64,000 nt of DNA from an uncultured delta proteobacterium. GTDB taxonomy: Bacteria; Desulfobacterota; WTBG01; CAIYCZ01; CAIRTM01. A program made the translations under genes and the position numbers. The notes beneath the pieces are model-generated. The model worked only from the letters and a program-made list of their open reading frames with translations. It searched no databases and was not told the DNA's origin. The stretch lies in assembly GCA_963804955.1 (NCBI GenBank), contig CAWDSQ010000007.1, positions 1 through 64,000 on the forward strand. The letters run 5' to 3'. Shown piece by piece: positions 61,365-64,000 of the stretch (positions are counted from its first letter, which is position 1; each line of letters starts with the position of its first letter).

Positions 61365-61577
61365 TCCAGGTCCTTTCACAGCCAGGCAATAGTTCTATCG
61401 ACACCATATAGCCTTCCGGACATAATCCATATAAAAAAACAGAAAAAACAAATTTTGATCAGCAAATGTATTGAATATCTATATATAGCTATAACCATAT
61501 TTGGTCAACTCTAATCTTGTGTACTGTAAAATGCTCTGGATTCATGCTCCGCGCTAAAACCCGACACCCTTCTGCGA

Positions 61578-62156
61578 TCAGTGCGTTACCCCTTCTCTTT
61601 TGACAACTTTAAGAAAGGTCTGTAGGATAATCTTCATATCCAGCAGCATCGAGTGGTGCCTCAGATAATACTCATCGAACGCGACCTTCACCGGGATAGG
61701 CAATTCGTCCCGGCCATTGATCTGTGCCCAGCCGGTTAAGCCAGGAGTGAGCCGGTGTACCCCCTTCTCGGTACGCAGCGCTACCAGGTCGTCCTGATTA
61801 AAAAGGGCCGGTCGGGGGCCGACAATGCTCATTTCTCCACAGAGAATGCTCCAGAGTTGCGGCAGTTCGTCAAGGCTCGACTTGCGCAAAAATTTGCCGA
61901 CCGGCGTCAGCCAGAGGTCGGGATCGTCCAGAAGATGGGTTGCCACTGCCGGCGTGTCAATCCTCATGGTGCGGAACTTCGGCATCCTGAAGATGCGGTT
62001 CTCACGCCCCACACGCTTAGACCAGTACAGGACCGGCCCCGGCGAGGTGAGCCGGATCAGCAGGGCAATAATCAGCATGGGAAAGGCTAAGGCAATACAG
62101 GCCAGCAGTGAACAGACAAAATCAAAAAGGCGTTTCATCGGTTTAGTCAAGCTCAT
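61578..62156 (-). CDS. Bacterial sugar transferase (initiating phosphoglycosyltransferase)
   Basis: MKRLFD, KFRTM, SLDELPQL, MSIVGPRP, PGLTGWAQINGR. Confidence 0.93.
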   Translation of the reverse strand: MSLTKPMKRLFDFVCSLLACIALAFPMLIIALLIRLTSPGPVLYWSKRVGRENRIFRMPKFRTMRIDTPAVATHLLDDPDLWLTPVGKFLRKSSLDELPQLWSILCGEMSIVGPRPALFNQDDLVALRTEKGVHRLTPGLTGWAQINGRDELPIPVKVAFDEYYLRHHSMLLDMKIILQTFLKVVKREGVTH

Positions 62157-63106
62157 CTATGGTTCAAAAACCAGTCAGCAGTCTCAGCAAGCCCCTGCGC
62201 CATGCTAAGCGGAGGCTCCCAGTTCAACTCCCTCCGGATCTTCCCACTGTCCACCATTAGGGATCCAGAAATACGTTCAACAGAGGCACCCTTACCGGTC
62301 ATTACGCCAGCCAAACGCATGAGCATCAGCGGCAGAGGGAAAAGACGCGCAGGCCGGCCAAGGGCAGCAGCGATTTGTCTCACCAGTTCCGGTGTGGATA
62401 TAGCATCTCCGTCGCTGACCAGATAGGTGTTGCCCGCTGCCCGCTGATGTATCGAGCAGACAACTATCGCATCCGCCAGATTCCCCAGCCCGATCAGACT
62501 CCGGCGATTTCGAATGCATCCCAGAGGCAGGGGAATACCCCGAACTACCATTTCCAGCAGTCGCCTGAAATTAGCCTTAACGCCGGGGCCGTAGACCAGG
62601 GGAGGCCGAATAATGACCACCTCAAGTCCTGTTTCCCTCTCCACCCGCCGCAGCGCGTCCTCCGCTTCCCGCTTGCTGATGCTATACGGATCCTCCGGCG
62701 ACGGTGGGTCATCTTCCGTATACAGTGCCGGACGGCCTTCACCGTTCACCTTTGCAGAGCTCAAAAATACCAGTCTTCGGACACCCGCGCTCGCGGCCTG
62801 CCGTGCCAGCCGCTCAGTGCCTGACACATTGGCCATCCTGTACTCGGCCAGGGGGTCGACGGCATGCTCATTCATAACATGGACCCTGGCTGCCAAATGC
62901 ACCACTATATCTATGCCGCGCAAGGCATCTGCATATTCCGCAGTATTTGACAGTGGCTGCACCAAGGCTTTTTCAACCGCGGAAGGCAGATGGCTGGTCT
63001 GCTCGCCTGCCAGCACCGCCGCGCGCACATTGAAATTTTCATGGCCCATTCGTTTGAGAAGAGCCGTTCCGACAAAGCCGGTCGCACCGGTAACAAGCAC
63101 GTTCAT
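62153..63106 (-). CDS. NAD-dependent epimerase/dehydratase
   Basis: VTGATGFVG, HLAARVH, YSISK, RPPLVYGPG. Confidence 0.92.
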   Translation of the reverse strand: MNVLVTGATGFVGTALLKRMGHENFNVRAAVLAGEQTSHLPSAVEKALVQPLSNTAEYADALRGIDIVVHLAARVHVMNEHAVDPLAEYRMANVSGTERLARQAASAGVRRLVFLSSAKVNGEGRPALYTEDDPPSPEDPYSISKREAEDALRRVERETGLEVVIIRPPLVYGPGVKANFRRLLEMVVRGIPLPLGCIRNRRSLIGLGNLADAIVVCSIHQRAAGNTYLVSDGDAISTPELVRQIAAALGRPARLFPLPLMLMRLAGVMTGKGASVERISGSLMVDSGKIRRELNWEPPLSMAQGLAETADWFLNHR

Positions 63107-63852
63107 ACAGGCCTCTGGAATAGTTGCGCCACTTTACGAAAATACTTTGAGTAGACTTTCAGCATGTTCGTTGAAATACCATTTTCGGCACAAGCCCGCA
63201 AAATCTCCCGGTTCAGTATCCAGTTGCTCCGCAGTCCACGCGTGCTGACCCCACCGGTACGCATCCGAACAATTACCTCAGGCAGATAGGCATACCGAAC
63301 GCGGTGACGGGCCAGGAAGCGGGCCGTCAGTTCGTAATCCGCAGCAATCCGGTAATCGGTTCGAAACAGACCAAAACGCTCATAGATCTCACGACGGACA
63401 AAAAAGGTCGGATGGGGCGGCATCCACCCCCATGCAAACTTTTCCGGTGTGAAGCCTGCACCCACATAGTAGCGCACCACCCTATCCAGATTGTCCGGCC
63501 GCACATACACCAGATCCGCAAACAGGGCATCGGCGCCGCTTTCCCGGAACACGCGCAGAACCTTCTCAAGCACCTGCGGCCCGGCGTATAAATCATCGGA
63601 GTTGAGGATGCCAACGATATCGCCGGTTGCGAGTCTGATACCCTTGTTCATAGCCTCATAGATGCCGTGATCAGGTTCGGAAAGAATACGGGCAGAGGGG
63701 GAGATGCGGCGCACGATCTCAAGGGTGTTGTCCGTGGATGCACCATCAATAATAATGTGCTCGGCCGAAGATGTCTGTTCATCAACACTGCGCAGGCAGT
63801 CTGCGATCGTCGCTGCGGAATTGAAGGTGGCTGTGATGATGGAGATATCCAC
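63103..63852 (-). CDS. Glycosyltransferase family 2 (WcaE-like), GTG start
   Basis: ISIITATFNS, IDGASTDNT, GIYEAMNKG, LNSDD, PPHP. Confidence 0.92.
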   Translation of the reverse strand: MDISIITATFNSAATIADCLRSVDEQTSSAEHIIIDGASTDNTLEIVRRISPSARILSEPDHGIYEAMNKGIRLATGDIVGILNSDDLYAGPQVLEKVLRVFRESGADALFADLVYVRPDNLDRVVRYYVGAGFTPEKFAWGWMPPHPTFFVRREIYERFGLFRTDYRIAADYELTARFLARHRVRYAYLPEVIVRMRTGGVSTRGLRSNWILNREILRACAENGISTNMLKVYSKYFRKVAQLFQRPV

Positions 63853-63853
63853 C

Positions 63854-64000
63854 CTAGTTTTCCCTGCGCTCCATAAACCAGTTGCCCATAACCAGTACAT
63901 CCATCCGGGTGCGCAGAAAACAGTCCAGGGCTTCCTCCGGCTTACAGACCACCGGCTCATTTTCGTTAAAGGAGGTATTGAGGACCGTCGGCACCCCGGT
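63854..64000 (-). CDS. Carbamoyltransferase (NodU/CmcH family), C-terminal end, partial
   Basis: TGVPTVLNTSFNENEPVVCKPEEALDCFLRTRMDVLVMGN. Confidence 0.85.
   Translation of the reverse strand, partial: TGVPTVLNTSFNENEPVVCKPEEALDCFLRTRMDVLVMGNWFMERREN

Overview
Bacterial chromosome segment; gene content and order suggest an anaerobic Desulfobacterota/deltaproteobacterium (inference). Left to right: (1) 1-12531, the 5' part of a giant (>4177 aa) secreted Cys/Asp-rich protein on the minus strand, absent from the ORF track because its stop lies outside the window, ending in >=53 near-identical 168-bp repeats; (2) an O-antigen-ligase-family gene, tRNA-Val(CAC) and a RACo/ASKHA activator; (3) housekeeping block rpsB-tsf-pyrH-frr-(fdx)-uppS-cdsA-dxr-rseP-tsaB-ilvB-ilvN-pssA-leuA; (4) a small decayed defence islet (MazEF-type TA pair, broken DUF262/GmrSD-Schlafen gene); (5) NCS2 permease, three flavoproteins, rlpA, ferritin-like protein, lon, hsp20, PPIase; (6) the most interesting part, 46.7-55.3 kb, a MarR-headed minus-strand cluster encoding two divergent NifH/BchL/BchX-like ATPases, a BchN/Y-like and a BchB/Z-like subunit (tandem PCP_red-like tails), an NAD(P)-binding SDR and a cryptic, indel-riddled CbiX/ferrochelatase-like chelatase, i.e. 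a candidate nitrogenase-like tetrapyrrole reductase system with no nif, bch or cfb partners in the window; (7) a metallophosphoesterase-nucleotidyltransferase fusion, a ferredoxin-DUF169 gene, and the end of a polysaccharide cluster. Many single-base frameshifts suggest an imperfectly polished assembly, so pseudogene calls and single-residue claims are provisional. All family assignments come from motif recognition by eye, not from database searches.
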